DNA of 59,418 bases, taken from an uncultured Clostridia bacterium. GTDB taxonomy: Bacteria; Bacillota; Clostridia; Oscillospirales; Butyricicoccaceae. The first letter of the stretch is position 1. Each line of letters opens with the position of its first letter. Where the stretch lies: the NCBI GenBank assembly GCA_938000015.1, contig CALLCY010000006.1:1-59418 (forward strand). The letters run 5' to 3'. Below, piece after piece: positions 27,972-37,001 of the stretch. The position numbers and the translations under genes were made by a program. The notes under the pieces were generated by a model. That model was not told where the DNA came from and searched no databases. It saw only the letters and a program-made list of their open reading frames with translations.

Positions 27972-28202
27972 ATGGCCCTTCCCGATCAGGAACTCAACAC
28001 GGTGTTGGACCGTTTCAACCAAAAATGCCTGGAAGACCCGGACTTTGCCCGCCTGGCCCAAGAAGATCCCATCTCAGCCTTTGACGCCTTGGCCAAGGCC
28101 CACGAAGCCCATCTTACGGCCCAGGACGAAGCCGCCTTCCCGTTGGCGGTACCCGGTCAGAAGCTCTCCATGGAGGAGCTTTCCCAGGTTCTGTGTCAGT
28201 AG
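27972..28202 (+). CDS. NHLP-leader-like small protein (76 aa) lacking GG motif and core peptide
   Basis: KCLEDPDFARLAQEDPISAF and KLSMEELSQV resemble nitrile-hydratase-like leader motifs; strong RBS and promoter; next to the NHLP exporter trio. Confidence 0.65.
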   Translation: MALPDQELNTVLDRFNQKCLEDPDFARLAQEDPISAFDALAKAHEAHLTAQDEAAFPLAVPGQKLSMEELSQVLCQ

Positions 28203-28205
28203 TTC

Positions 28206-28270
28206 GCAAGCGCCCCGCAAGGGGTGCTTTTTTTCTGCCGGGGGAGAAAATTCCCCCGGCTTTTTCTTTG
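28206..28270 (+). terminator. Two tandem hairpins with T-tracts on the + strand only
   Basis: AGCGCCCC-GCAA-GGGGTGCT TTTTTT and GCCGGGGGA...TCCCCCGGC TTTTT. Confidence 0.75.
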
Positions 28271-28272
28271 GA

Positions 28273-31200
28273 TCAAAGCTCCATGGCGTCATATGTATTT
28301 TCCAGGCTCTGCTTTACAGACAAGGTATTCCCCAGAGCATCTGTACCGCCAAAGTTTCCTTTTTGGATGGCATAAAGGAAATCCACCATATTTATATTGG
28401 CCGCCTCCAGAGAGGAAAACACAGCGGCATACTGTTCGGCGGTGTTGGCCGTGTCATCGGATACATTGATCCCCGTTTTTGCCGCAGCCTGCAGCGCTCC
28501 ATAGGACAAAGGCGGCAACATGGCCATCTGCCACATGGCTCCCCGGAAAACACCCATTTTTTTCATTCGCTGGTCCTGTTCCCCTTTTCCTCCGTCCTTG
28601 CTGTCACGCACAGTCTTGACCACATCCCGGACTGCACCTACTGCACCAATCGCATTGGCCACCACTCCCACAATGGCGCCGCCCAGCTTTTTCCCGGCCA
28701 TACGGGTGATGCTGGCCGCCAGGCTGGTCAGATCTCCCACAGTGCCCAGCACATCAAATGCGGTGTCCCACCGGCTGTCCGAAGCAGCTTCTTTACTGTT
28801 TGCCCGGCCAATTTCCAGCATCCGCAGACTGAGTAGCAACATTCTCTGCTTTTCTTCCAGATCCGGTTTGGCGTAATCCACTGCCGGCTGGTTCGGTTGG
28901 CTCGTCTGATTCCCCTGGTTTGCCTGGCTAGACTGATTCCCCTGATTGGCCTGGTTTCCTTGATTAGCCTGATTAGCTTGGTTCCCCTGATTCCCTCCGT
29001 TTCTGGTACGGGGAGTGGAGGGATGGCGGCCATCCAGAGCCGCATCGATCAGATCCAGCATCCTGAACTTCTGCCGTTTGGCGTTGAATCTCTCTGCTTT
29101 CAGCCGGTCACATACCATTTGAAGCACTTCGCTTCGGCCGGTATTCCCATGAATGGTGCTTTGGAGCTGGTTGCCCAGGTTTTTCATATTCTGCTTGGCA
29201 CGGACATCCTGTTCATGCTGCACTTTGGCCGTACGGCTGTCGGCAGCCAATCCCAGCACATCCCCTGTTACTGACAAGCTGTCTCCCACCACGCTGGCCA
29301 CATTGCCCTTGGTTTCATCATAGTCCTCGCCTTTGGCAATGCCGCCGATGGAGTTGCCCGCACTGACAAAATCCGAAGCGTTGCCGATCCAGGTGCCGGC
29401 GTTGGCCGTGCGTGCCACATGGTCAGCGCTCTTCAGCTTTCCTGCCGCAGCGCTTTTCAGCTTCATTTGCTTGATTTTGTCTTCCCGGCTTTTCTCCTGA
29501 TCATGGAGCTGCTTGGATTCGATCACACCGCCTACCGTTCCCACCAGAGCACTGGCTGTATCGGCGACGGCGCTTACTCCACTGGAAAAGTCAGCAGCAC
29601 CCGAAGAGGCACCACTCACATTGTCCTCGCCCTTTACTGCCTCATCCAGCTCAGTACCGCTGGAAACAAAGCCATTGGCAGCTCCTATCGCGCCCAGGCC
29701 CACACTGGTTTTTTCCGCCAGGCCCCCGATTATATCCGCTGCGCTGTCACCATCGCCTGCCCGCAGTTTTTTGCCCGCTGCGCCTCCGGCCACCTGTTTA
29801 TCGAAATCCTCGATACTTTGGCCGCCGGAGCTTTTGTTCACCTGAGCTACCGCTTCGATAAACAATTCTCCCGCAGAGCTGTTCAGCATATGGAGCACTG
29901 GCTGGGACAGGGCCTTCCCCTGCTGATTCTCATCTTTCATTTTGCTCTGTTCCAGGCCGAAATCCAACGCCTGAATCGCCTGATTCAAGTCGCTCCTGCT
30001 CTTTGCCAGCTGCTCCTTCACCTGATGGGCCTGTTGTACTGCAGTTTTTTGCTCTTCATTCTGTAATCCCGCAGGCTGAGAAGCGGCCAGAAAATCCTGG
30101 ACCTTCTGCTGCACCTGCGTGCTTTTTTCCGCTAGCGTATTCTGAAGAGTATTCAAATTGGTTTTTTTCCGGTTGAGTTCTCCGGTATTGAGGCCCCTGG
30201 CTTTGGCCGCCAGCGCAATGCTCTGAAAAGTTCCCGCTTGTGCAATCGCACTGTTGGCCTGCTGAAAAGCAGCTGTTCCCTGGGCCGTGGCAGCCTTCAT
30301 TTCCTGAAAAGCCTTGTTCCGGCGCTCCTGATCGGTATTTGCCGAGGCAGGAGGATTTTGTGCTTGATTTGTAACGCCTTCCGTAACGCTTGTCCCTACC
30401 CGGGATACATCGGCTGCTCTTGTGGCCGCCGCTCCTGCTGGAACCTGAGTACTTTGTGCAGTGTTTGTAACAATGGTCGTAGCACCTGCCCCGACACGGG
30501 TCACATCGGCTGCTCTTCTGGTTTCTGCTCCTATGGGAGCCTGCGCACTTTGCGCATCGTTTGTAACGCTGGCCGTGGCGCCTGCTCCGAACCGGGATAC
30601 ATCGGCTGCTCTTCTGGTTTCTGTTCCTATGGGAGCCTGCGCACTTTGCGCATCGTTTGTAACGCTGGCCGTGGCGCCTGCTCCGAACCGGGATACATCG
30701 GCTGCTCTTCTGGTTTCTGTTCCTATGGGAGCCTGCGCACTCTGTGCATCATTTGTAACGCTGGCCGTAGCTCCTGTTCCGACCCGAGACACATCGGCTG
30801 CTCTTGTGGCCTCTGCTCCTGCTGGAACCTGAGCGCTCTGTGCAGCGTTTGTGGCGCTGGCCGCAGCAGCAGTTCCATTCCCGGCCGCATTGGCCGCTGC
30901 CCGTCTTCGTTCATCATCATCGTCGGGGTCCCGGTGAATACCCCCGTCCCCCGCAGCCACATGAGCCAGCTCATGGGCGATCAGATGCTGGCCCTCCTGG
31001 CTGTGGGGGTCATAATTTCCCTGGTTAAAATACAGATCTTTCCCTCGGGTAAATGCCCGGGCCGAAATCTGTTTGCTGGCCCGGGCCGCTCCGGCGCCGG
31101 TGTGCACACGCACCTGGGAGAAATCGGCGCCCATGGCCTGCTCCATCTGCCCTTGCAGCCCTGCGGGCAGACTCTCTCCTGCTCCAGCCAGATCCAGATT

Positions 31201-31404
31201 GGACAGCTGTGCCTCACCGCCCGGAGAAAAACTGCCATCCCCTTCCCGGAAAATGCCGCCGCCCATCACGCTGTCGGCCGTCTGCCGGGCATTTACTTCC
31301 GCCCCGTCCCGGCTGTCGGACACCTGAAACAAGGTGGTTCCTCCTTGGGGATTCTGGGGCGCAGGGAATGTGTTCCTTTCTTTCCGCTCGTCCTGTGCGA
31401 ACAT
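28273..31404 (-). CDS. eCIS core-domain (DUF4157) cargo/effector protein with internal repeats and unknown C-terminal domain
   Basis: MEQAMGADFSQVRVH..ARAFTRG.DLYF..GQHLIAHELAHV; ATG 31404 after AGGAGGTG. Confidence 0.85.
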   Translation of the reverse strand: MFAQDERKERNTFPAPQNPQGGTTLFQVSDSRDGAEVNARQTADSVMGGGIFREGDGSFSPGGEAQLSNLDLAGAGESLPAGLQGQMEQAMGADFSQVRVHTGAGAARASKQISARAFTRGKDLYFNQGNYDPHSQEGQHLIAHELAHVAAGDGGIHRDPDDDDERRRAAANAAGNGTAAAASATNAAQSAQVPAGAEATRAADVSRVGTGATASVTNDAQSAQAPIGTETRRAADVSRFGAGATASVTNDAQSAQAPIGTETRRAADVSRFGAGATASVTNDAQSAQAPIGAETRRAADVTRVGAGATTIVTNTAQSTQVPAGAAATRAADVSRVGTSVTEGVTNQAQNPPASANTDQERRNKAFQEMKAATAQGTAAFQQANSAIAQAGTFQSIALAAKARGLNTGELNRKKTNLNTLQNTLAEKSTQVQQKVQDFLAASQPAGLQNEEQKTAVQQAHQVKEQLAKSRSDLNQAIQALDFGLEQSKMKDENQQGKALSQPVLHMLNSSAGELFIEAVAQVNKSSGGQSIEDFDKQVAGGAAGKKLRAGDGDSAADIIGGLAEKTSVGLGAIGAANGFVSSGTELDEAVKGEDNVSGASSGAADFSSGVSAVADTASALVGTVGGVIESKQLHDQEKSREDKIKQMKLKSAAAGKLKSADHVARTANAGTWIGNASDFVSAGNSIGGIAKGEDYDETKGNVASVVGDSLSVTGDVLGLAADSRTAKVQHEQDVRAKQNMKNLGNQLQSTIHGNTGRSEVLQMVCDRLKAERFNAKRQKFRMLDLIDAALDGRHPSTPRTRNGGNQGNQANQANQGNQANQGNQSSQANQGNQTSQPNQPAVDYAKPDLEEKQRMLLLSLRMLEIGRANSKEAASDSRWDTAFDVLGTVGDLTSLAASITRMAGKKLGGAIVGVVANAIGAVGAVRDVVKTVRDSKDGGKGEQDQRMKKMGVFRGAMWQMAMLPPLSYGALQAAAKTGINVSDDTANTAEQYAAVFSSLEAANINMVDFLYAIQKGNFGGTDALGNTLSVKQSLENTYDAMEL
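28893..29000 (-). repeat. 9-bp-unit coding repeat (NQG/NQA) in the effector
   Basis: GGNQGNQANQANQGNQANQGNQSSQANQGNQ. Confidence 0.75.
30365..30855 (-). repeat. Five tandem 96-bp (32 aa) coding repeats
   Basis: atcggctgctctt anchors at 30409, 30505, 30601, 30697, 30793. Confidence 0.92.
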
Positions 31405-31419
31405 GGCTGTCACCTCCTG

Positions 31420-31923
31420 TTACTGGGCGCTTTCACCCAGAGCCTGCTCCAAAGTGATCTCTCCCCGGCACAGAGCCTGGGCTTTTTTGCCGATCTCTTC
31501 TGCCTGCTGCAAGAAGGCGAACACCGCCGCCTGGAAATGGGCGCCTTCCAGAGCAATGGTGGGCTCCAAAGCGGTGACATATTTCATGCTCAGGCAATCC
31601 TGGTACACGAAAATGGTTCCCAGCAAAAACCGGCTGTTGCATTCTTTGGCAAACTTCTCCATCTCCTCCAGCTTTTCCGGGCAAGGCTCTGTGAGAGGGA
31701 GAAAGAGCTGAACAAAGGTGGTAGACACTTGATCTTTGTGAGTGGGCAACACATGACAGGTAACAGAGAAAGAAGGGTTTTCCCCTGAGGGGACGATCAA
31801 TCCCGCAGGCAGTCCCTGGGTCTCCTCTGCATCCAGTTTGCGCACAGTGAGGCCAATGGGCTCCAAAGCCTCGCTGATTTCATCCAACACATCCATGCCG
31901 TACATCAAAGAATCCTTATCCAT
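31420..31923 (-). CDS. Acidic 167-aa protein, YbjN/type-III-chaperone-like (putative chaperone or immunity protein)
   Basis: Size, acidity and FVQLF...ECNSRFLLGTIF..LSMKY pattern; immediately upstream of the DUF4157 gene. Confidence 0.5.
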   Translation of the reverse strand: MDKDSLMYGMDVLDEISEALEPIGLTVRKLDAEETQGLPAGLIVPSGENPSFSVTCHVLPTHKDQVSTTFVQLFLPLTEPCPEKLEEMEKFAKECNSRFLLGTIFVYQDCLSMKYVTALEPTIALEGAHFQAAVFAFLQQAEEIGKKAQALCRGEITLEQALGESAQ

Positions 31924-31965
31924 AAAAGGTGCTCCTTTCCCATTCTTGTCTCTCCGTGCAACGCT

Positions 31966-34053
31966 CTACGGCAGGAGATAGCCATATTCGCCATAATCCT
32001 CCCGGAGCATGATCTTTCCCTGTTTGGCCATTTCAAATTGGGTGGCCCTGAGAATGTGTTCCATCCCCACCGGCACATCCTTCCGGGCGGCCATAAAGGC
32101 GGCTACCAAAGCGATGTTTTTGATGCTGCCGCCGGTGATGGAAAACTGCCGGGCCAGATAATCCAGATCCACATCCTCCCCCAAAGGAGTCTCCTGGGGA
32201 AAGATTCCCTTCCAGATGGCCCGGCGGGCCTTTTCATCGGGAAAGGAAAAATGGATCACATAGCTGATGCGCCGGAAAAAGGCGCTGTCGATGTTTTCCT
32301 TGTAGTTCGTGGTCATGACGGTGATGCCGTCGTATTCCTCCATTTTCTGGAGCAGATAAGCGGTTTCCAGGTTGGCGTTTTTATCGTGGGAATCCTTCAC
32401 CTCGGTGCGCTTGCCCAGGATGGCGTCGGTCTCATCGAAAAACAAAATCACATTAGATTTCTTGGCTTCGTTGAACACCTGGTTCAGATTCTTTTCGGTC
32501 TCGCCGATGTATTTGCTCACCACCTGGGACAGATCCACCTTGTACATCTCGATGCCCAGATCGCTGGCCACCACCTGGGCTGCCATGGTCTTGCCGGTGC
32601 CCGGCGGTCCGGCAAAGAGCATACTCACCCCTTTACCATAGGCCAGACGCTTGTCAAATCCCCATTTGTCATAGACCACATGCTGGTACCGCACCTGGTC
32701 GCAGGCCATGCGCAGCATTTCCTTTTCCTGCTGCCCCAACACCAGCTGATCCCAGGTATGGCGGGCATAGATCAGGGTGGCGTGTTCCCCCAGCTTGTGG
32801 CTCACCTGGTGGTAAGCGGCCCGGGTCACATCCTGCCGCCCCAGTGGGCCATGAAGCTGGGCCTCCCCAGCCGCCCGTTGACCGGTACCCACGATCTGGG
32901 CCGGAGTGAAGGTGAATTTGTTGGCCATCTCCGCCCCGTCCACCGGCTCTTTCAGCGGCAAGGCAGAAAGCTCTTTTTGCCACAGGGCGATGCTGGCCTT
33001 TTTGTCCGGCAGGGCAATGGGCACTTCCAGCCATCTCCGCCCCTGGGACAGCTCCAGAAGATTTCCCTCCTCTCCGCAGAGAAGAAGCACCGCACCGGAG
33101 AACATCCCCGCCATATCCAGCACCTGACGGGCGGTGTCCGGCTCTTCTAGCAAAGCGTCTAGCTGGCGCAGCACCAGCAGCCCCTGTACCAGAATGGTCT
33201 CCCGTCCGGCGGTGCGCAGAGCGTCGAAGAAATCCTCCCGGCGCATCTGGGGAGACGGAACACAGGAAAAGATCACCGCCGGGATGCCCAGCAGCTGAGC
33301 CACCCGTTTGGCCCTGGTGGTGCGTCCCACGCCGCTGGGGCCGCGGAGACACAGAAACAACGGCTCTTTTTCCTCCCCGTCTCCGGCGATGGTCTCCGCC
33401 AGGTGCCGGGCCTCTTCCTCGCCCCACAAAAGGGCCTGCCCATTCTGGGGAAGAAAGGTTTCCGCCACTTCCCTCTCCAAAGGCTCCCGGCCATTCTGGA
33501 GCAAAAAGTCTGCCATGCGTTTGTCCAATGTGCCGTCCTTTTGCAAAAAAGCATAGAAGGCTTTTTTCTCCAGCTGATGCCGCTGCCGGTGATAGCCCGG
33601 TACATCCTCCGGCCCCCGGGCCAGGTGGAACAACTTGAGAGTCATATCCAGGCTGGGGCCGGTTTGTCTGCCCTCGCCCCGCCATTTTCCCAGCAGAGGG
33701 CCAAAGGTCTCTTCGTACCGGGGCAGCAGATAAAGGATCAAAGTAAAAAGTTCCAGATCGGTCAGGCGAAACAGCTCTCTCACATACTGGACAGCCAGAA
33801 AATCCCCCCGCTTCACGCTGGCGGAAACCCGGGCATCCATATGAAACAGGCTTTTGTCCAGATCCTGCACCCATTTTTCCCGAGCCGCTTCCGGCATGGG
33901 CTGGTTTTCCCTCTGCCCATAGAGCCTGTTCCAGCCGTCCAGCGCTTCCCGGACCCAGTACACCAGGTCCAGAAGATGCTCTTCCGGCTCTTCATAGGGT
34001 GCAGCAAAACAATCCGGGTCAAAATACCGGCGAAAAAGGGATTCCATAACCAT
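31966..34053 (-). CDS. eCIS AAA+ ATPase (Afp15/Pvc15-like)
   Basis: GPPGTGKT, VDLSQVVSKYIGETEKNL, LFFDETD, AYLLQKME; degenerate first AAA (GPSGVGRT). Confidence 0.92.
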   Translation of the reverse strand: MVMESLFRRYFDPDCFAAPYEEPEEHLLDLVYWVREALDGWNRLYGQRENQPMPEAAREKWVQDLDKSLFHMDARVSASVKRGDFLAVQYVRELFRLTDLELFTLILYLLPRYEETFGPLLGKWRGEGRQTGPSLDMTLKLFHLARGPEDVPGYHRQRHQLEKKAFYAFLQKDGTLDKRMADFLLQNGREPLEREVAETFLPQNGQALLWGEEEARHLAETIAGDGEEKEPLFLCLRGPSGVGRTTRAKRVAQLLGIPAVIFSCVPSPQMRREDFFDALRTAGRETILVQGLLVLRQLDALLEEPDTARQVLDMAGMFSGAVLLLCGEEGNLLELSQGRRWLEVPIALPDKKASIALWQKELSALPLKEPVDGAEMANKFTFTPAQIVGTGQRAAGEAQLHGPLGRQDVTRAAYHQVSHKLGEHATLIYARHTWDQLVLGQQEKEMLRMACDQVRYQHVVYDKWGFDKRLAYGKGVSMLFAGPPGTGKTMAAQVVASDLGIEMYKVDLSQVVSKYIGETEKNLNQVFNEAKKSNVILFFDETDAILGKRTEVKDSHDKNANLETAYLLQKMEEYDGITVMTTNYKENIDSAFFRRISYVIHFSFPDEKARRAIWKGIFPQETPLGEDVDLDYLARQFSITGGSIKNIALVAAFMAARKDVPVGMEHILRATQFEMAKQGKIMLREDYGEYGYLLP

Positions 34054-34086
34054 GCCTCCTTTCGGGAAAAATCAGGGATTCTGCCA

Positions 34087-34476
34087 TCAGGGCACCTGGT
34101 GCTTCATCTGCCCTGGCATATTGATGCTGATGACGCCCCCCCAGGCACAGGTGAGCTTGGAGGAGTCATTGAGAGCGGGCTTGTTGGCGATGAGCACCGT
34201 GGGACAGCCCGGAGCCCAGGGAGCCGGGATCACCGGCACACAGGGCATGGGAGTGAGCACACCCATGGCCGCTGCTGTGGCCGAGGCCACTGTGGGGTTT
34301 GACATGGAGGTACACATGCCAAAGGGCATGATGTTCTTCATGGGCACATTGTCCATGATGGTGGCCGCCGGCATATTGGAAGTCAGGGTCTTATTTTCCG
34401 GTGTGACCACCAGGCTGGAAGGAGCCATGCCGAAGGAACACTGGCACATAGCGCCCATGCACACTTGATTTCCCAT
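34087..34476 (-). CDS. DUF4280 PAAR-like spike-tip protein
   Basis: CQCSFG, NIMPFGMC, PMPCVP..PWAPG, SKLTCAWGGVI. Confidence 0.9.
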   Translation of the reverse strand: MGNQVCMGAMCQCSFGMAPSSLVVTPENKTLTSNMPAATIMDNVPMKNIMPFGMCTSMSNPTVASATAAAMGVLTPMPCVPVIPAPWAPGCPTVLIANKPALNDSSKLTCAWGGVISINMPGQMKHQVP

Positions 34477-34477
34477 G

Positions 34478-35227
34478 CTACTCTTCCTCCTTCAAATGGA
34501 TGGTACAGGACAGGCTGGGAGAGGGGGCTGCCGTTTGCAGCGTGGCCTTTTTACTCCCCAGCGCAAAGTAAAGCTCCCCATCCTCCTTGGGAAGAAAGGC
34601 TCCGATGGCCGGCAAAATGGCCTTGCCGTCTCCATCGGTCCGGAGCCGCCACAAGGGACAAAGCAGCTCGCCCTTGTCCAGCTCCTGCTCCAACGGTTTC
34701 CACAGCTGAAAAAGCTCTTCCCCTTCGTCGTAACCGGTGAACAGCACTTCTTCTCCAGTTTTCTTTCCCCGGTAGTGCTGAAACAGCAATCCTTTCCCTT
34801 TGGCGGCCACCTTCACCTGCCAGGCTCCCCGAGGGGCCTTTTCCAAAAGCCGCAGGCCGCCTGCGGGATTGCCCAGCGTCACTTCCACGGTTTCCCGCTG
34901 CACCGGCTGTTCTTCTGCCAGAAACCGCAAATGAAAACAGGCGATTCTTTGCAGCAAAGGCCCTTCCGGGCTGTGCTGCAGGATAACCACTTCGGGGAAA
35001 AATTCCGGCCGGGCGGGAAGGGTACGCTGTACCGGCAGATACCCGGGTACAGTCATCTGATAGGTATGGGGCAAAATGGGCAGATTGGAAAACACATAGG
35101 TGCCGTCGGGCTTTGCCACAAAAGGAACCGGAACCCCATCCACCAAAAAGGAAGCCCCTTTCACTCCCTCTTTGCTGTAACCGTCCACCAGCTGAAAAGC
35201 CGCCGACAGCCGGGCAATGGTCCTCAT
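34478..35227 (-). CDS. Hypothetical beta-rich protein (carboxypeptidase-regulatory-like N-terminus)
   Basis: KPDGTYVFSNL..YQMTVPGYLP; coupled by ATGA overlap to the DUF4255 gene. Confidence 0.55.
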   Translation of the reverse strand: MRTIARLSAAFQLVDGYSKEGVKGASFLVDGVPVPFVAKPDGTYVFSNLPILPHTYQMTVPGYLPVQRTLPARPEFFPEVVILQHSPEGPLLQRIACFHLRFLAEEQPVQRETVEVTLGNPAGGLRLLEKAPRGAWQVKVAAKGKGLLFQHYRGKKTGEEVLFTGYDEGEELFQLWKPLEQELDKGELLCPLWRLRTDGDGKAILPAIGAFLPKEDGELYFALGSKKATLQTAAPSPSLSCTIHLKEEE

Positions 35228-35811
35228 TTCCGTTCCTCCTTCTGTCGGGTACCCAGACGCACTTCCCGTACTCTGGGCGCGGGCATGGTGGTCACAGCCG
35301 ATTCCAGCTGCACCGGGCCCACTTTATAAAAGACACTCAGCTTGTAGGATTCATTGAACATGGTCCAGATCTTGGTCTTTTCCTCCAGCTGCATGGGCAC
35401 ATTGCTGATGCGGATGGCCTCTCCAGCAGCCCGGAGAGCCGGGGGCATATACTCTTCCGGCAGGCGTTTGTTGTCCTCCAGTACCTGGATCACCCGGCCC
35501 ATGATCATCTGCTCGTCCATGGTGCGGGTCTCTTTTTCCGCCTTGCTGGCCACCGAGATCATCATGGACAGATTGAGGGACACCGGGGGATTGGTCATGG
35601 TGCCGTCGGGGCGCATCACCGGCCCCACGCCCCGGGCCTCCCCCGATTCCGAAATGTCATACAAATGGACTCCCACCACAAAATTTCCCCGGTCGTGGGG
35701 GTCGCACACTCCGATCTGCTCCCGCTGCTGCACCAGCTCGGGCACCAGCTCAGCCTGAAGCAATTCCACAATGGTGCGGCTCACATCGGAGATCACCGAA
35801 TATTTCGCCAT
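35224..35811 (-). CDS. DUF4255 (Afp16/Pvc16-like) tail terminator/cap
   Basis: ISDVSRTIVELL, VHLYDISE, PPVSLNL, KIWTMF..YKLSVFYKVGPV. Confidence 0.85.
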   Translation of the reverse strand: MAKYSVISDVSRTIVELLQAELVPELVQQREQIGVCDPHDRGNFVVGVHLYDISESGEARGVGPVMRPDGTMTNPPVSLNLSMMISVASKAEKETRTMDEQMIMGRVIQVLEDNKRLPEEYMPPALRAAGEAIRISNVPMQLEEKTKIWTMFNESYKLSVFYKVGPVQLESAVTTMPAPRVREVRLGTRQKEERK

Positions 35812-35836
35812 GCGTTTCTTCCTTTCCCTCGATTCA

Positions 35837-36988
35837 CTAGGCTGCGTAGATCAGCTGAACAGATCCCACCTGCATCCGGGTCATGCCCCGGCAGGACAGC
35901 AGCGCATCCAAGGGGATGTACTGCTCATTGTCAAAGACGATGGCCGGCACTTCCAGCTTCAAAAGCCGGTCGTTCCAATAGGCATTCCCCAGCCCCAGGG
36001 TCACTTCCAGCACCCCATAGGGGCTTTGGATTGCCATAGTGCAGCCGTCGGCCATCTTCACCACCTGTCCTCCCAGGAAGGAGGCGGCGTCTGTCAAAGA
36101 AACCATAATACAGCCGTTATAAGTGAATACCGGCTTTGTCAAAGCCAGCGTTCCCCCAGCCACCACCAGCGCTCCCGGGTCCATGGCCTGGGCCAGATTG
36201 GCCTTCTGGGCAATGGCCTGGGACTGAGTTTGCAGGGTTTCCCGGCTTTGGGAAGAAAGGCCCTGATAGCTTCCGGCGATGGAGGATGCATGGGAAGAGA
36301 TGGCCTTCTGGGCCTGTTCTATACCCTCTTCCTCCAGAAATTCTCCATCGATCAATCCCTGGTACAAAAGAATGGCCGCCATGTGACCGCTCTGGGTCCC
36401 AGCCTTCCCCTCATCCAGGTAGGTGATGGCGGCGTTGGCCAGCTCAAACAGCTCTCCGGTACCGTCATAGCCCAAGTCTTTCAGCATCTGGACCGCACCG
36501 GCGTCCACCTCGCTCTCCAGGCGACGGAGGACTTCATCCGGATTCATGCCGCTTTCCACCGCTTCTCCCAAGGCACTGAGCCCTTCGTTCATCCCTTCCA
36601 GCTGGGTGAGGGAGTTTTCCAGCTCCTGCTGCTCGCTTTGCAGCTGATACAGGCGGATGGTCTGCTCCAGATAAGTGCGCAATGTGCCCTCCGGGTCACC
36701 CAGGGCAATGAGCCGGTCAATGGAGGTTTTGACGCTTTCCCGGTTTTCCGCCTCGCCCAGGATGGCCAGCAGCTCATCCCGCAGCTCTTCCAAAGTGGGC
36801 TCCGGCTCCTGAGAGGATGCAGGGTCTCCATTCAAGCCCTCCTGGGCGCTTGTGTTCTCGTCCGGACTGGTTTCCTCCCCTTCCAAAGCAAAGACCAGGG
36901 CGGGAAAGAGCAGCCCGCTGAACAGCACGCCCGAAAGGAGCAGACTGCCGAACCGGGCCAAAAGCCCCTGTGCTTTTTTTCCGTTCAT
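35837..36988 (-). CDS. Secreted protein with C-terminal copper-amine-oxidase-N-terminal (stalk)-like domain
   Basis: Signal peptide, helical acidic middle, PVFTYNGCIMVSL and PAIVFDNEQYIPL motifs. Confidence 0.65.
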   Translation of the reverse strand: MNGKKAQGLLARFGSLLLSGVLFSGLLFPALVFALEGEETSPDENTSAQEGLNGDPASSQEPEPTLEELRDELLAILGEAENRESVKTSIDRLIALGDPEGTLRTYLEQTIRLYQLQSEQQELENSLTQLEGMNEGLSALGEAVESGMNPDEVLRRLESEVDAGAVQMLKDLGYDGTGELFELANAAITYLDEGKAGTQSGHMAAILLYQGLIDGEFLEEEGIEQAQKAISSHASSIAGSYQGLSSQSRETLQTQSQAIAQKANLAQAMDPGALVVAGGTLALTKPVFTYNGCIMVSLTDAASFLGGQVVKMADGCTMAIQSPYGVLEVTLGLGNAYWNDRLLKLEVPAIVFDNEQYIPLDALLSCRGMTRMQVGSVQLIYAA

Positions 36989-37001
36989 CCCCGCACCTCC
37001 T

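Noticed and set aside
22089..28202. Active RiPP/bacteriocin biosynthetic cluster
   Set aside because: No modification enzyme, no GG or core in the precursor, and C39 and ATPase motifs are degenerate.
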